The notes: generated by a model from the letters alone, not told the origin. Positions 31,639 to 41,970 are shown, numbered from the stretch's first letter. The stretch: 64,000 bases of DNA from Candidatus Bathyarchaeota archaeon (GCA_963720565.1 CAVRFW010000007.1:32001-96000); one strand, 5' to 3'. Translations and numbers: made by a program.

Positions 31639-33087
31639 ATGGAGAGCAAAAAACACTTGACAACCGACCAAGGCGTGCCGGTCACTGACAATCAAAACTC
31701 TTTAACCGTCGGTGAACGCGGTCCTGTCTTGCTGCAAGATGTTCAATTTATTGAGAAGATGGCTCATTTTGATAGAGAGCGTATCCCCGAACGAGTTGTT
31801 CATGCCAAGGGGGCAGGAGCGCATGGGCATTTTCAAGTTTATAGAAACATGGCGGCCTACACCAAGGCGAAGTTCCTTCAAGATCCAGAGAAGAAAACCC
31901 CTGTCCTAGTAAGGTTTTCAACCGTGACCGGAGGAAGAGGCTCAGTTGATACTGCGCGAGATCCCCGGGGATTTGCCGTAAAGTTCTACACTGATGAGGG
32001 TAACTACGACTTGGTCGGAAACAATCTGCCCGTGTTTTTCATCAGAGACGCTATCAAGTTCCCTGATATGGTGCATGCTTTTAAGGGTGAGCCTGATAGC
32101 AACATCCCGTCTTCTTCCTCTTCACATAACAACTTTTGGGAATTCATCTCTTTGACTCCTGAATCCACACACATGATCATATGGCTCTTTTCAGACCGAG
32201 GAACCCCGAAAAGCTACAGGATGACCGAGGGCTTTGGTGTTAACACCTATGTCTGGGTGAATTCAGAAGGAAAGCGGGTTTATGTAAAATATCACTGGAA
32301 GCCGAAATTGGGTGTGCACAATCTTGACCGCCATGAAGCAACTAGGTTGGCGGGTGCCGATCCTGACTATCTGTCTCGTGACCTTTGGGATGCTATCGCC
32401 CGGGGTGAAGAGGTTGAGTATGAACTCTGCGTCCAGCTGATGGAAATTGAGGATGAATTGAAGCAGGATTTTGACCCACTGGATCCGACTAAAACCTGGC
32501 CCGAAAGTAAATTCCCACTCATGCCGGTTGGGAAAATGGTGTTGAATCGGAATCCCAGGAACTTTTTCGCTGAAATTGAGCAGGCGGCTTTCTGTCCAGC
32601 CAGTATTGTTCCAGGAGTAGACTTCTCAGCGGACAAGCTGCTTCAGGGTCGAACGTTCTCATATGCGGATACTCAGCGTCACAGATTGGGACCCAACTAC
32701 CTGCAGATCCCTGTGAACCGTCCACTTGTTGAGGTCAACAACAACCGGCGCGATGGAGCCATGCAAATGGAAACTTACAGTGGTCGCGTGAATTATGAGC
32801 CCTCTACACTTGACGGCGGATCCCCCGTGGAAGCTCCGTCAGGAACCGCTTCCGCCTATTCTGTTGAGGGAGAGGTGGCCAAGAAGAAAATCAGTAAAAC
32901 CAACGATTTCCAACAAGCACGTGAGAAATATCTTTCCCTGAGCAAGATGGACCAGGAACATCTCGCCGATAATCTAATAGCCGATCTGACCCCTATCGAG
33001 AAACAAATCCAGCTGCGAGCCATCGCGAATCTGACTAAGGCGGACCCGGAGCTCGGCAAAGCCGTGGCTGAGGGCTTGAAACTCTAA
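31639..33087 (+). CDS. katA: Monofunctional heme catalase
   Basis: FDRERIPERVVHAKG, VGNN.PVFFIRD and RTFSYADTQRHR. Confidence 0.96.
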   Translation: MESKKHLTTDQGVPVTDNQNSLTVGERGPVLLQDVQFIEKMAHFDRERIPERVVHAKGAGAHGHFQVYRNMAAYTKAKFLQDPEKKTPVLVRFSTVTGGRGSVDTARDPRGFAVKFYTDEGNYDLVGNNLPVFFIRDAIKFPDMVHAFKGEPDSNIPSSSSSHNNFWEFISLTPESTHMIIWLFSDRGTPKSYRMTEGFGVNTYVWVNSEGKRVYVKYHWKPKLGVHNLDRHEATRLAGADPDYLSRDLWDAIARGEEVEYELCVQLMEIEDELKQDFDPLDPTKTWPESKFPLMPVGKMVLNRNPRNFFAEIEQAAFCPASIVPGVDFSADKLLQGRTFSYADTQRHRLGPNYLQIPVNRPLVEVNNNRRDGAMQMETYSGRVNYEPSTLDGGSPVEAPSGTASAYSVEGEVAKKKISKTNDFQQAREKYLSLSKMDQEHLADNLIADLTPIEKQIQLRAIANLTKADPELGKAVAEGLKL

Positions 33088-33270
33088 AACTGACAAAAGA
33101 AGCGCACGCTGAAAAGATAGGGCTAAAGTCGCCCTATTTTATCGCAAAAACCATCGTTAATCAGACGCAACAGGAACATCCTTAAATGAATCAACCTAGT
33201 CCATCGTTTTTTTGTTTCCGCGCGCCAAGAATAGGACACTAATGCAGAGAAACTGCGGGGTCATTTTATT

Positions 33271-34587
33271 TTATTCAATTTCACGTTCTTTTTCAGCTTC
33301 GGAAATAAGACGTTCTTCATTCTCTTCTGCCGTTTTCGGAAGTAGCCCTTTCTTCTTCACCCACAACCACACCAACATCGTCGTAAAAATTGTAGACCCC
33401 ACGATTAGCGCGAGATACCAGCCCATATCCGCTGGACTGAATAAGAATATGTTAGTTTGAGACATCACAGTGGCTATGGTATTTGGCACGATAAATCCTG
33501 CACTGAGGATCGCAAGAAATCCGGCGAGAAGCGTGATTCTATTGTTGAGTACAGTCAGTCGGTTGTTAAGCAACGTCAATCGATTGCTGTATTCCTGCAT
33601 CTTGTTATTTTTTTCCTGGAGCAAATTATTCTTCTCCTGCAGTTTGTTGTTGAGGTCTGCTAGCTTGTTATTCTTTCCCTGGAGCACGTTATTTCTGTCC
33701 TGGAGCAGGTTATTCCTCTCCTGCAGCTGATTATTGTGTATAGACTGCAAACATTCGAGCCCCGACGCAAGAACATCAGACAGGTGTTCTGCCAAGCTTA
33801 GCTGGTCACGTACTTCTCTTATCAATAGGCTTATCTTATCAAGCACTTGAGGGTCATCAGACACAAGGTCGGCGTCGCCGTAGCGGAGTGAATTTAGCGT
33901 ATCCGAAGTTCCCCAGAGGCAGGAGAGATATCTTACGAGTGTGAGCTTTATCTGGTAGATCTGATCGCCGACTGCGCTGCGCACAATGCTTTCGTCCTTG
34001 AGGTCTTTAGTCAAGCCCTCGCTCCATTTGTCAATTTCCTGAAGCTGCTCGAAATTCCTCTCGTTGTTTTCATCTAGGAGTCGGATGAGCAACAGCGTAA
34101 GCAAATCGGTTTTTTTGAGGTCCCGTGGAAGTCGCCTCAAGAAAGCTTCCGCATAACGGTGTAGATTGCGGTAGACGTGAGTTTTGTTGCTGCGTATTGT
34201 CGTTATGAGGTTCTTCTTGAGAAGCATAAGTACTGGATTTATCGTGATGTCAAAACTCTTCGCGCTGATTGCTGGGAGAAGCAAACCCATCTCGGTGTCA
34301 TAGTCTTCGTAGCCTCCCTGGAAACGTGTTCCATCCCCCAATCGAGTCAGAAGTTGCTTTATTAGCAATTCTGAAAAGCCGAATTTGACTCCTGTTTCCA
34401 CAGCTTCCTTTTCAAAGTCGTCCAGCTTAACATCTACCCACGCGATTGATGCCTGCTCTATTAGAGGGAGGAAATCTTCAAAATTTTTTGAACGTTTGCT
34501 CTGTGTGCCACCACTTGTAAGTGTGAAGCAAAAACTAAGGTTTTTTTCTTCGGAAAGAGTGCCAGTTTTATCCTGCAAGTCAGCCAT
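33271..34587 (-). CDS. CorA-like divalent cation transporter with a heptad-repeat insertion
   Basis: WVD motif, long soluble funnel domain, two C-terminal TM helices and KKKG; the GMN position reads MSQTN. Confidence 0.7.
   Translation of the reverse strand: MADLQDKTGTLSEEKNLSFCFTLTSGGTQSKRSKNFEDFLPLIEQASIAWVDVKLDDFEKEAVETGVKFGFSELLIKQLLTRLGDGTRFQGGYEDYDTEMGLLLPAISAKSFDITINPVLMLLKKNLITTIRSNKTHVYRNLHRYAEAFLRRLPRDLKKTDLLTLLLIRLLDENNERNFEQLQEIDKWSEGLTKDLKDESIVRSAVGDQIYQIKLTLVRYLSCLWGTSDTLNSLRYGDADLVSDDPQVLDKISLLIREVRDQLSLAEHLSDVLASGLECLQSIHNNQLQERNNLLQDRNNVLQGKNNKLADLNNKLQEKNNLLQEKNNKMQEYSNRLTLLNNRLTVLNNRITLLAGFLAILSAGFIVPNTIATVMSQTNIFLFSPADMGWYLALIVGSTIFTTMLVWLWVKKKGLLPKTAEENEERLISEAEKEREIE
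33526..33735 (-). repeat. Ten tandem 21-bp (7-aa) repeats, NNxLxxx, inside the CorA-like gene
   Basis: NNQLQER NNLLQDR NNVLQGK NNKLADL NNKLQEK NNLLQEK NNKMQEY SNRLTLL NNRLTVL NNRITLL. Confidence 0.9.
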
Positions 34588-35000
34588 ACGTCTGCCCCCA
34601 TCACGGATTAACGCGTGAATTAATAAGAATTCTCTTTTTGCCAGCAAGTCGCATACTTTTAGATTTCGTTGTTTCTCGCACGCGCAAGGTTAGTTGCAGA
34701 TACAAACTACGGGAAAAAACATCGCGTACGCTACGCTTGTAGCCATACCGAGGTAAGAGGCAATAGATGGTCTATAGAAAAAAGGTCGTCTTAAGCACTG
34801 AAGGTCATGAGGGACTGGTGTTTCAACTTTGCCCTCTTTTAGCGCACGCCTTTTTCCTTCAAATATCAGCTGGAAAGGCTTTGCTGGATGTATTTACTTA
34901 TTCTCGACCTCTTGCTTACGGGAATTAGATAGTAGTTTCAGATTGTTAAGAACATATTAATCTGGCGACATAGCAAAGAATTATTTGAGGTAAAGACGGA

Positions 35001-35204
35001 ATGCCAATAGTTCAAGTTTCTGTTTGGGAAGGAATGACTCTTGAGAACAAGAAGAAAACTGTTGAAGGGATAACCAAGGTTTTTGTAGATTTAGGGGTTC
35101 CTAAGGAAGCAGTTGAGATCGTTATTTATGAAGCTCCGAAGAGAAATTGGGCAACGGGTGGACAATTGCATTCAGAAAGACACGCAAGTACGCCCTCGCT
35201 GTAA
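35001..35204 (+). CDS. 4-oxalocrotonate tautomerase family protein
   Basis: N-terminal Pro (MPIVQV) and NWATGG. Confidence 0.88.
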   Translation: MPIVQVSVWEGMTLENKKKTVEGITKVFVDLGVPKEAVEIVIYEAPKRNWATGGQLHSERHASTPSL

Positions 35205-35388
35205 ACTTCCCTGAAGTTTCTGCCGGATTATTCTGTTATTTTCTTTTCCGTAAAAATTTCTTGTGTAGCGAGTAATAAGTCTATTGAGAAAGAAACCGCT
35301 CAATAGTTGTGGTTGTAGTTGAGCATCCACAAACTTTTAAGTTGTCAGAAGGCGTGAATTGTTAAGTAGAGCGTTTGTGAGGTGAGAA

Positions 35389-35655
35389 ATGTTGATTTTT
35401 GTTAATCTAGGGAGATTCCGTAAGAAACCTGACAAGGCAACGGCTGGTGACTCCGCCAAGATTGTTGAAGAGTTCAAGAAGAAGGGAGTGAATGTGCTGA
35501 ACTGGTATTGGACATTGGGTCGCTACGATACTGTGTTCATATTTGAAGCTGCGAGTGAAAAAGAAGCGTTGAAAACTGCGACTGATATTTCGGAGTGGGT
35601 ATCGAGCGAAACTCTCGTCGCCATACCGAGGCAAGAGGCAATTAGCCTGCTGTAG
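35389..35655 (+). CDS. GYD domain protein
   Basis: YWTLGRYD.V...ETL.A. Confidence 0.85.
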   Translation: MLIFVNLGRFRKKPDKATAGDSAKIVEEFKKKGVNVLNWYWTLGRYDTVFIFEAASEKEALKTATDISEWVSSETLVAIPRQEAISLL

Positions 35656-35755
35656 GGTTTTGCACGTGCAGCATGCTTAGCGGCGTTAGTTCTTTGCTGT
35701 GTTTGATAGTACGCCTATTCTTGTGGAAAGAGTTACTTTCCTTTTTCTGTGTATT

Positions 35756-35887
35756 CTACAACGCCCAGTTGTTTGTAGAAATCCAAGAAGTTCCATGTTT
35801 TTCGACTTCGGCTTTGAGGTCTACGCCCAGCTTCTCAGCTTCAAGTTTCAACTCTTTCTTGACCCTTACGGATAAGACCCTAGTCAC
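35756..35887 (-). pseudogene. Truncated RHH-type antitoxin (VapB/CcdA-like) without a toxin
   Basis: MTRVLSVRVKKELKLEAEKLGVDLKAEVEK, then divergent sequence; not in the ORF track. Confidence 0.55.
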
Positions 35888-36089
35888 ACGCTTCACTCAG
35901 TATACATATCGACTTTGTTGTGTACAGGCGTATGTTAGAATTATGGAGAAATAACCTAGATTCACCCAATAAGCTTCCTTTGTCAAGAATCCTTGACTTG
36001 AGAAAGCGGTTCCTGGGCGTGTTTAGTCAAGAAACCTTTACAAAAATCCTTTTAGCACAGAAACAACCCGAATAGTATATCGAACAGAC

Positions 36090-38708
36090 ATGAGAAGAAT
36101 CATTGCAGGGCTACTTGTCCTGCTCTTCTTTATATCCTTCCTCGCCTTGCCAGCTAAGCCTGTTGCAGGAGTTGAGCCAGCTGAGAATTACTGGGTTTCA
36201 AAGGCGCCTATTGTTGATGCGAGAAGCGATTTTGGCATCGCCGTGGTCAACGGTAAAATCTACGCCATTGGGGGCCAGGGATACAACGGCGTCCTCAGTA
36301 GTAACGAAGAGTACGATCCGGCATCAGACAAATGGATTCGCAAGCAGCCGATGCCTACACCAAGATCGGATTTCGGCATCGCCGTCTACCAGAACAAGAT
36401 CTACTGCATTGGAGGAAGAGCTTACACATATACTGATGTGAATGAAGTCTACGATCCAGCCACTGACACCTGGGAAACCAAGGCTGCATTGCCTAGTCCC
36501 GTGGACCTCCTAAGCGCCAACACCGTGAATGGCGTGATATACGTCGTAAGCGGATACTTCGACTGGGGAGCAAATATGACATCCAACATGAACCTGGCTT
36601 ACGACCCAGCAAACGATTCTTGGACGACGAAGAATTCGCCGCCTCAAAGAATTACTTCCGGCCTAACCGCAGTTGATGGCATGATATATTACGCAGGTTA
36701 CAGAATGACTAACGATCCAGAATCTCCGACAGAGGAAGTAGTGGAGGCATATGATACAGAAACGGGCGGGTGGAAGATCAGACCATACCCCTTTTACAGG
36801 GTGAGAGGACCTGCAGGCGCCACAACCGGAGTACACGGTCCAAAGAAAATCTATATTTTTGACCCTGACGAAACTCACGTTTACGACCCAGCCAGTGACA
36901 GTTGGGCGATTGGCTCCCCGTTGCCCACTTCAAGAGCTAGCCCTGGAGTCGCTGTCATCGACGAAACTTTTTATGTTGTAGGAGGCAGTGAATTGCATGA
37001 AACGTACCCGTTCTGGACGTATACGTATTTCTGGGCAAATGAAATGTACACTCCATTCTTGTTCGGAACTGTTCCAGATGTCTCGTTTGTTTCACCCAGA
37101 AACACGACTTATGCTGAACCAGATATATCTTTGAATGTAACCGTGAGCCAAGTCACTTCTTGGATGGGGTTTAGTCTCGACGGGCATTCAAATGTCACCC
37201 TGACAGGGAACCGTACTGTGGTTGCGCTATCTGAGGGAGAACACTTTTTGTCGGTTTATGCAAGCAATTTTGCAGGAGACGTCATTTCACTCGCTTCGGT
37301 GCACTTTGCTGTTGATCTTTCTCCTCCGCAAATCCTTGTTTCGTCGCCTGAGAACCGATCTTATCCCGCGACCGATGTACCACTGATTTTTATGGAAAAC
37401 GAGTCTGTTGCCCGAGTAGTCTATAGCCTTGATGGGAGAGGAAACCTGACGGTTACTGGCAACACGACTTTATCAGGGTTGTCTCTCGGTCCGCATAACG
37501 TGACAGTTCATGCTTGGGATGCCGCTGGAAATGTCGGAGCCTCGGAGACAATCAGCTTCAGTGTGGCTGAGCCTTTCCCTACGGTGCTTGTTCTTGCTGT
37601 TGCCGTTGTCGCCATTATCCTGGTTGGTGTTGGATGCCTACTCTACAAGAAACGGGGAAGAGGCAAAACCCAAATGAAGAAAACAACAATCCAAATAACG
37701 ATCATCATAGCACTCTCATTCTCATTGCTGGTTGCCACACAGTCCACGAATTCCGCAGTTGCTCAACCACGCATCGACGTAACCATCAGGACGGACGGAA
37801 GCATTGACCCTCCAACCGCACCCATAACAAGAATAGGAAACACATACAAATTGACCAGCGACATAACAGGCAGCATAACTGTCGAGAAATTCAATATAAT
37901 AGTCGACGGTGCAGGGTATAGCCTTCAAGGAAACGGAACCGGAATAGGCATACAAATTTTCAATCCCTACAATTCAACTGTCGTAAGCAGCTATGACGTT
38001 ACGGTCAAGCGTCTTGCCGTTGAAGGTTTCGAAGAAGGCATCGACGTTTTCGGTTATTGGGGGAATGTGATTAGCGGAGTCTCAATCACCGAAAACAACT
38101 TGTCCAATAACGGTGTCGGCGTTCGTTTCTCAAGCTACTTCGCCTTCTCCGACAATAGAATAGTGAACAATAGAATAACAGAAAATGGCATCGGCATCAG
38201 CTTTCAAATGGCTCAGGAAGGCGGAGATGGAAAAGGCAACCTCATCAACCAAAACCTGATTGCAGATAATGATGTAGGTATGCATTTCGTTTGGATGTAC
38301 TCCATAGGCTACGAGACGAATCTAATGAACAATACGATATTCGGCAACGATTTTGTTCATAATTCTCAAAACATTCAAAACGAGCAGATGATCTTCAGCC
38401 CTGAAAGTGTCAACATCTGGGATAATGGTTCCGTTGGAAACTATTGGAGCAACTACAAAGGTGCGGACAGCGATCATGACGGAATAGGTGATACACCGTA
38501 CGTTATTGACGAGCATAATCAAGATAACTGCCCGCTTATGATACCGTTTGGTGAATCTCCAACTCCAGCTCCTTCACGAGAACCTACAACAGAGCCAGAG
38601 CGTCTCCCAACAACACTAGTCATCGGTTCCGTAATTGTGGTAGTGGCTGTTCTTGGCTTGGGTTTGCTGGTTTACCTCAAGAAACGCCGGAAAGGTAAGA
38701 CCCAATGA
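36090..38708 (+). CDS. Kelch + Ig CTERM protein fused in frame to a NosD CTERM protein (second start at 37674)
   Basis: Internal EPFPT-TM-YKKR is followed directly by a new signal peptide MKKTT; second tail ERLPT...VYLKKR. Confidence 0.8.
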   Translation: MRRIIAGLLVLLFFISFLALPAKPVAGVEPAENYWVSKAPIVDARSDFGIAVVNGKIYAIGGQGYNGVLSSNEEYDPASDKWIRKQPMPTPRSDFGIAVYQNKIYCIGGRAYTYTDVNEVYDPATDTWETKAALPSPVDLLSANTVNGVIYVVSGYFDWGANMTSNMNLAYDPANDSWTTKNSPPQRITSGLTAVDGMIYYAGYRMTNDPESPTEEVVEAYDTETGGWKIRPYPFYRVRGPAGATTGVHGPKKIYIFDPDETHVYDPASDSWAIGSPLPTSRASPGVAVIDETFYVVGGSELHETYPFWTYTYFWANEMYTPFLFGTVPDVSFVSPRNTTYAEPDISLNVTVSQVTSWMGFSLDGHSNVTLTGNRTVVALSEGEHFLSVYASNFAGDVISLASVHFAVDLSPPQILVSSPENRSYPATDVPLIFMENESVARVVYSLDGRGNLTVTGNTTLSGLSLGPHNVTVHAWDAAGNVGASETISFSVAEPFPTVLVLAVAVVAIILVGVGCLLYKKRGRGKTQMKKTTIQITIIIALSFSLLVATQSTNSAVAQPRIDVTIRTDGSIDPPTAPITRIGNTYKLTSDITGSITVEKFNIIVDGAGYSLQGNGTGIGIQIFNPYNSTVVSSYDVTVKRLAVEGFEEGIDVFGYWGNVISGVSITENNLSNNGVGVRFSSYFAFSDNRIVNNRITENGIGISFQMAQEGGDGKGNLINQNLIADNDVGMHFVWMYSIGYETNLMNNTIFGNDFVHNSQNIQNEQMIFSPESVNIWDNGSVGNYWSNYKGADSDHDGIGDTPYVIDEHNQDNCPLMIPFGESPTPAPSREPTTEPERLPTTLVIGSVIVVVAVLGLGLLVYLKKRRKGKTQ

Positions 38709-40033
38709 AGAACACGGCAAAAGCGATGACCTTGATTCTGCTATGCTTTCTGGCATTTCTAGCCGCAAATGTGCAATCAGCCCATGCCATCACCATCAAC
38801 AGCGACGGCACAATAACAGGCACGGACAAAATCAGACAAGAAGGAAACGTCTACACGCTAACAGACAACATAATCTACACCATTAGAGTAGGAAAAAGCA
38901 ACGTCGTGATAGACGGTGCAGGCTACACTCTTGAGGGAAACGAGATAGAAGGAAACGGAGCTGGATTGCTTCTGCTTCCTGGAGCAGACAGAGTAACAAT
39001 AAAGAACCTCAAAATAACGAATTTCGTAACCGGCATCCGCCTCAAAGGCACCGGAAACCTTGTTACAGACTGCACTATTTCTGACTGTTCTGCGGGCATT
39101 GACCTTAATGAAGCCGAAGATAACACCATTTCAGACAACAGATTAATCGACACCGATGCTGGAATTGCAATTTCCTATTCTTCAAATAACATATTCAGAG
39201 ACAACAAACTCGAAAATAGCACATTATTCTTCGATGAAGGCTGGCTCAACTCAATCGATACATCAAACAACATCGATGGCAAACCCATATACTACCTAGT
39301 AAACAAGAAGAACCTAACAATTAGTCCTGCTGATTATCCAAACATCGGATATCTTGCCCTTGTAAACTGCACCAACATGACTGTGCGAAACTTGAGACTC
39401 TCAGGAATCACTTTCTCCTTGGTCTCCACGACCAACTCAATGATAATTCATAATAGCCTAACGAACAGTTGGCACGGGCTCCAGATCCGCGATTCCTACG
39501 GCAATGTAATAACTGAGAATTACGTGGCACACAACAAAGAGTTCGGCATTCTCATTAGTTCCACTCTCGCTAACACCATAACTGGAAACATTATTGAAAA
39601 CAACAACGTAGGAGTCTATCTTGTGGGATCATCGCAGATAATATTCCACAACAACTTCATCAACAATTCAATGCACGCGGATTCCGCTGATTGGAACCCG
39701 CTGAACTTCTTACCATTGCCGAACGGGATGCACGTGTGGGATAACGGCTATCCCTCCGGCGGCAATTACTGGAGTAGTCTCAACCCCACAGATGCTAACA
39801 GCGACGGGATAGGCGACACGGCTTATGTGATCAATCAACTCCGAAACAACACAGACCGCTATCCGCTCACGAACCCCGTTGTTATACCAGAAATGCCTAA
39901 CGGATCAAGCGAGGCAGAACCTTTCCCAACAACATTATTCATAAGCTCCGCAATAGCAGTGACTGTGGTTGGTTTGGGTTTGCTGGTTTACCTCAAGAAA
40001 CGTCATCCGAAAACAGGAGATAGGAGTCCATGA
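38705..40033 (+). CDS. Secreted NosD beta-helix protein with CTERM tail
   Basis: Beta-helix repeats, GGNYWS and EPFPT...VYLKKR; ATGA overlap with the upstream gene. Confidence 0.85.
   Translation: MKNTAKAMTLILLCFLAFLAANVQSAHAITINSDGTITGTDKIRQEGNVYTLTDNIIYTIRVGKSNVVIDGAGYTLEGNEIEGNGAGLLLLPGADRVTIKNLKITNFVTGIRLKGTGNLVTDCTISDCSAGIDLNEAEDNTISDNRLIDTDAGIAISYSSNNIFRDNKLENSTLFFDEGWLNSIDTSNNIDGKPIYYLVNKKNLTISPADYPNIGYLALVNCTNMTVRNLRLSGITFSLVSTTNSMIIHNSLTNSWHGLQIRDSYGNVITENYVAHNKEFGILISSTLANTITGNIIENNNVGVYLVGSSQIIFHNNFINNSMHADSADWNPLNFLPLPNGMHVWDNGYPSGGNYWSSLNPTDANSDGIGDTAYVINQLRNNTDRYPLTNPVVIPEMPNGSSEAEPFPTTLFISSAIAVTVVGLGLLVYLKKRHPKTGDRSP
39971..40002 (+). repeat. Motif C (GGTTTGGGTTTGCTGGTTTACYTCAAGAAACG), tail-coding DNA repeat, reference copy
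   Basis: Copies near 4428, 23829, 24608, 28851, 29787, 38657, 41047, 41923, 44265, 47235, 48506, 51795, 54577, 57803, 59173, 60195 and 62667. Confidence 0.85.
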
Positions 40034-41136
40034 AGAAAACGGCTTTAGCAATCATAATGCTTTTTTCATTGATTCCTCTCGCTCACCCGTCTACTGTAAA
40101 TGCGCAAGTCGTTCATGCAACCCCTTCATTTGTTTATTCTCCGCTTACTCCAAGAGTTGGAGACGTTGTCAGTTTCGACGCTTTGTGGTGGGAACAATAC
40201 TGGAACGAAAACTACGACCCACGTACCTTCTCTTACAGTTGGAGTTTTGGAGACGGCACCTTCGAAACTGGCGTTACCGTCAACCACACCTACACTAAAC
40301 CAGGCACCTATGCCGTCGGCGTTACTGTAGATGATAATCTCGGGACTGGCGGCAGTAGCCAGATGGAAATAGAGGTGAGGGAACGAACACCTGTCACCGT
40401 TCATGTTTCTTTGAGCAGTGACTCAGTCTACACTGGACAAGAAGTCACAATCAGCGGAAATCTCACCTATAATGGCACAGGCGTGCCAAATGCTTGGATT
40501 GTTCTTTCGAGCAAAACTTACATTGAGAACGCCATGTGGAATGAAATAGCGTCGGTTAAAACTGATGATAATGGCAAATACTTGACTGTCTGGAAGCCAC
40601 CGCGTGGGAGTTATCAGGTTAAGGCAACATGGATGGGAAATTCTACCTATCCTGAGACAAGTGTAAGCGTTAACCTTGGTGTGAAATCGTATGGGGATTT
40701 TATTACCGAGTTTTCTTCAAATTCAACTATTACTGGATTGAATTTTAACGCGAGTACTCGTATTCTCAGTTTTTCTGCTGAGGGTCCAAGTGGAACAAAC
40801 GGTTACGTTAGGATTACTCTCGAGAAAGACCCTGAATTCGACCCTGAAGGTGTGAGTGTATTCTTAGATGGCAAGCCAATTGAATACGCCATCGCCTCGA
40901 CGAGTCAATCATGGGTTTTGGATATTGCATATTCACACAGTATTCACAACTTGGTTGTGAACTTCAATGGAGCTGCAGAAGCAGACCCTTTCCCAACAAC
41001 CCTACTCATCGGCTCCGTAGTCGCAGTTGTGGCTGCTGTTGTCTGTTTGGGTTTGCTGGTTTACCTCAAGAAAACGTGGCAAGCACAAAAATGCGTGAAG
41101 ATTTTATTTAAACTAAACTCTAAAGGATCCTCTTGA
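40030..41136 (+). CDS. Secreted PKD-domain protein with CTERM tail
   Basis: YSWSFGDG...HTYTKPGTY and DPFPT...VYLKK. Confidence 0.85.
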   Translation: MKKTALAIIMLFSLIPLAHPSTVNAQVVHATPSFVYSPLTPRVGDVVSFDALWWEQYWNENYDPRTFSYSWSFGDGTFETGVTVNHTYTKPGTYAVGVTVDDNLGTGGSSQMEIEVRERTPVTVHVSLSSDSVYTGQEVTISGNLTYNGTGVPNAWIVLSSKTYIENAMWNEIASVKTDDNGKYLTVWKPPRGSYQVKATWMGNSTYPETSVSVNLGVKSYGDFITEFSSNSTITGLNFNASTRILSFSAEGPSGTNGYVRITLEKDPEFDPEGVSVFLDGKPIEYAIASTSQSWVLDIAYSHSIHNLVVNFNGAAEADPFPTTLLIGSVVAVVAAVVCLGLLVYLKKTWQAQKCVKILFKLNSKGSS

Positions 41137-41157
41137 CAAAGGAAGGTTTCTCAAGGT
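41090..41157 (+). repeat. Motif B (RTGCRTGAAGATTTTNTTTAAACTAAAATCTAAA.GA.CYYCTTGA), imperfect palindrome, reference copy
   Basis: Copies near 3728, 20931, 21633 (half), 22198, 29826, 44312 (degenerate), 45686, 47275, 51831 and 62710; the 3' part alone at 12756. Confidence 0.75.
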
Positions 41158-41327
41158 GATCATTGCGTTGTACGTACCTGTTAACTTGGATGTCTTTATG
41201 CATACGCAAATGCACCCGAACTGCCCTGCGCAAGATGGCTCCCAGGCACCGGCTGAGCTAGCAAATGACACTAAGAAGACTTCTGAAAATTACCTTTGTG
41301 GTAGAGGATTATAGTGTAGCGCACGTT

Positions 41328-41792
41328 CTAAGTGGGGAACGTACCTTGCAAACCCGTTACCAATGCATCAGTCCAAACGGGTGTAATAGCCCACCATTCG
41401 ATTGGAGAACCAGCATATTCCAATCTGAAATCCAGTCCCAAAGACATCCCACCCGTGATTCCTGTAAAATCGTGAAATGCATCTATGGCATAGCCTCTGA
41501 CATAGCCTTCTGTGTTAGTGGCAATTATGTGGAGAACTGCGTTGTAAGCTATGCTTTGCCCAGTGTTGTTTACGAAACCGTAAATGTGAAGTGTATAGGG
41601 GACGTGCGTTCTATCGTCTTCCACAGTTAAACCGTCAATAACAATTTTTGGGTTCTTGTCCGTTTCACTTTTTAAGTCAGCTATCTGTCTGTCCTTATCG
41701 GCAATCACTGATGCGTAATAAGCTGCTAATCCGCCTGTTGTAATGATGAAGACGAGACAAGCTGCAAGTGTTATGGATATTTTTCTGTTCAA
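41328..41792 (-). CDS. Membrane-anchored exported hypothetical protein
   Basis: TTG start after GAGG; TM helix, short coil and a beta-rich domain. Confidence 0.65.
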   Translation of the reverse strand: MNRKISITLAACLVFIITTGGLAAYYASVIADKDRQIADLKSETDKNPKIVIDGLTVEDDRTHVPYTLHIYGFVNNTGQSIAYNAVLHIIATNTEGYVRGYAIDAFHDFTGITGGMSLGLDFRLEYAGSPIEWWAITPVWTDALVTGLQGTFPT

Positions 41793-41874
41793 GGCTTTTC
41801 CCTCTTCAAAATCCCTGCTTAATATTGGGGGATTTATTGGTAAAAGTTTTTGCATTAAGGTGAAAGCGCGCGCA

Positions 41875-41970
41875 ATTACCTTATTCATCGGCTCCGTTAT
41901 CGCTGTTGTGGCTGTTGTCTGCTTGGGTTTGCTGGTTTACTTCAAGAAATACACGCATCAGGCATCATAA
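41875..41970 (+). pseudogene. Orphan CTERM tail (TLFIGSVIAVVAVVCLGLLVYFKK) without a gene body
   Basis: Near-identical DNA to the tails at 41000-41073 and 47190-47262; preceded only by the promoter region of a divergent gene. Confidence 0.75.
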
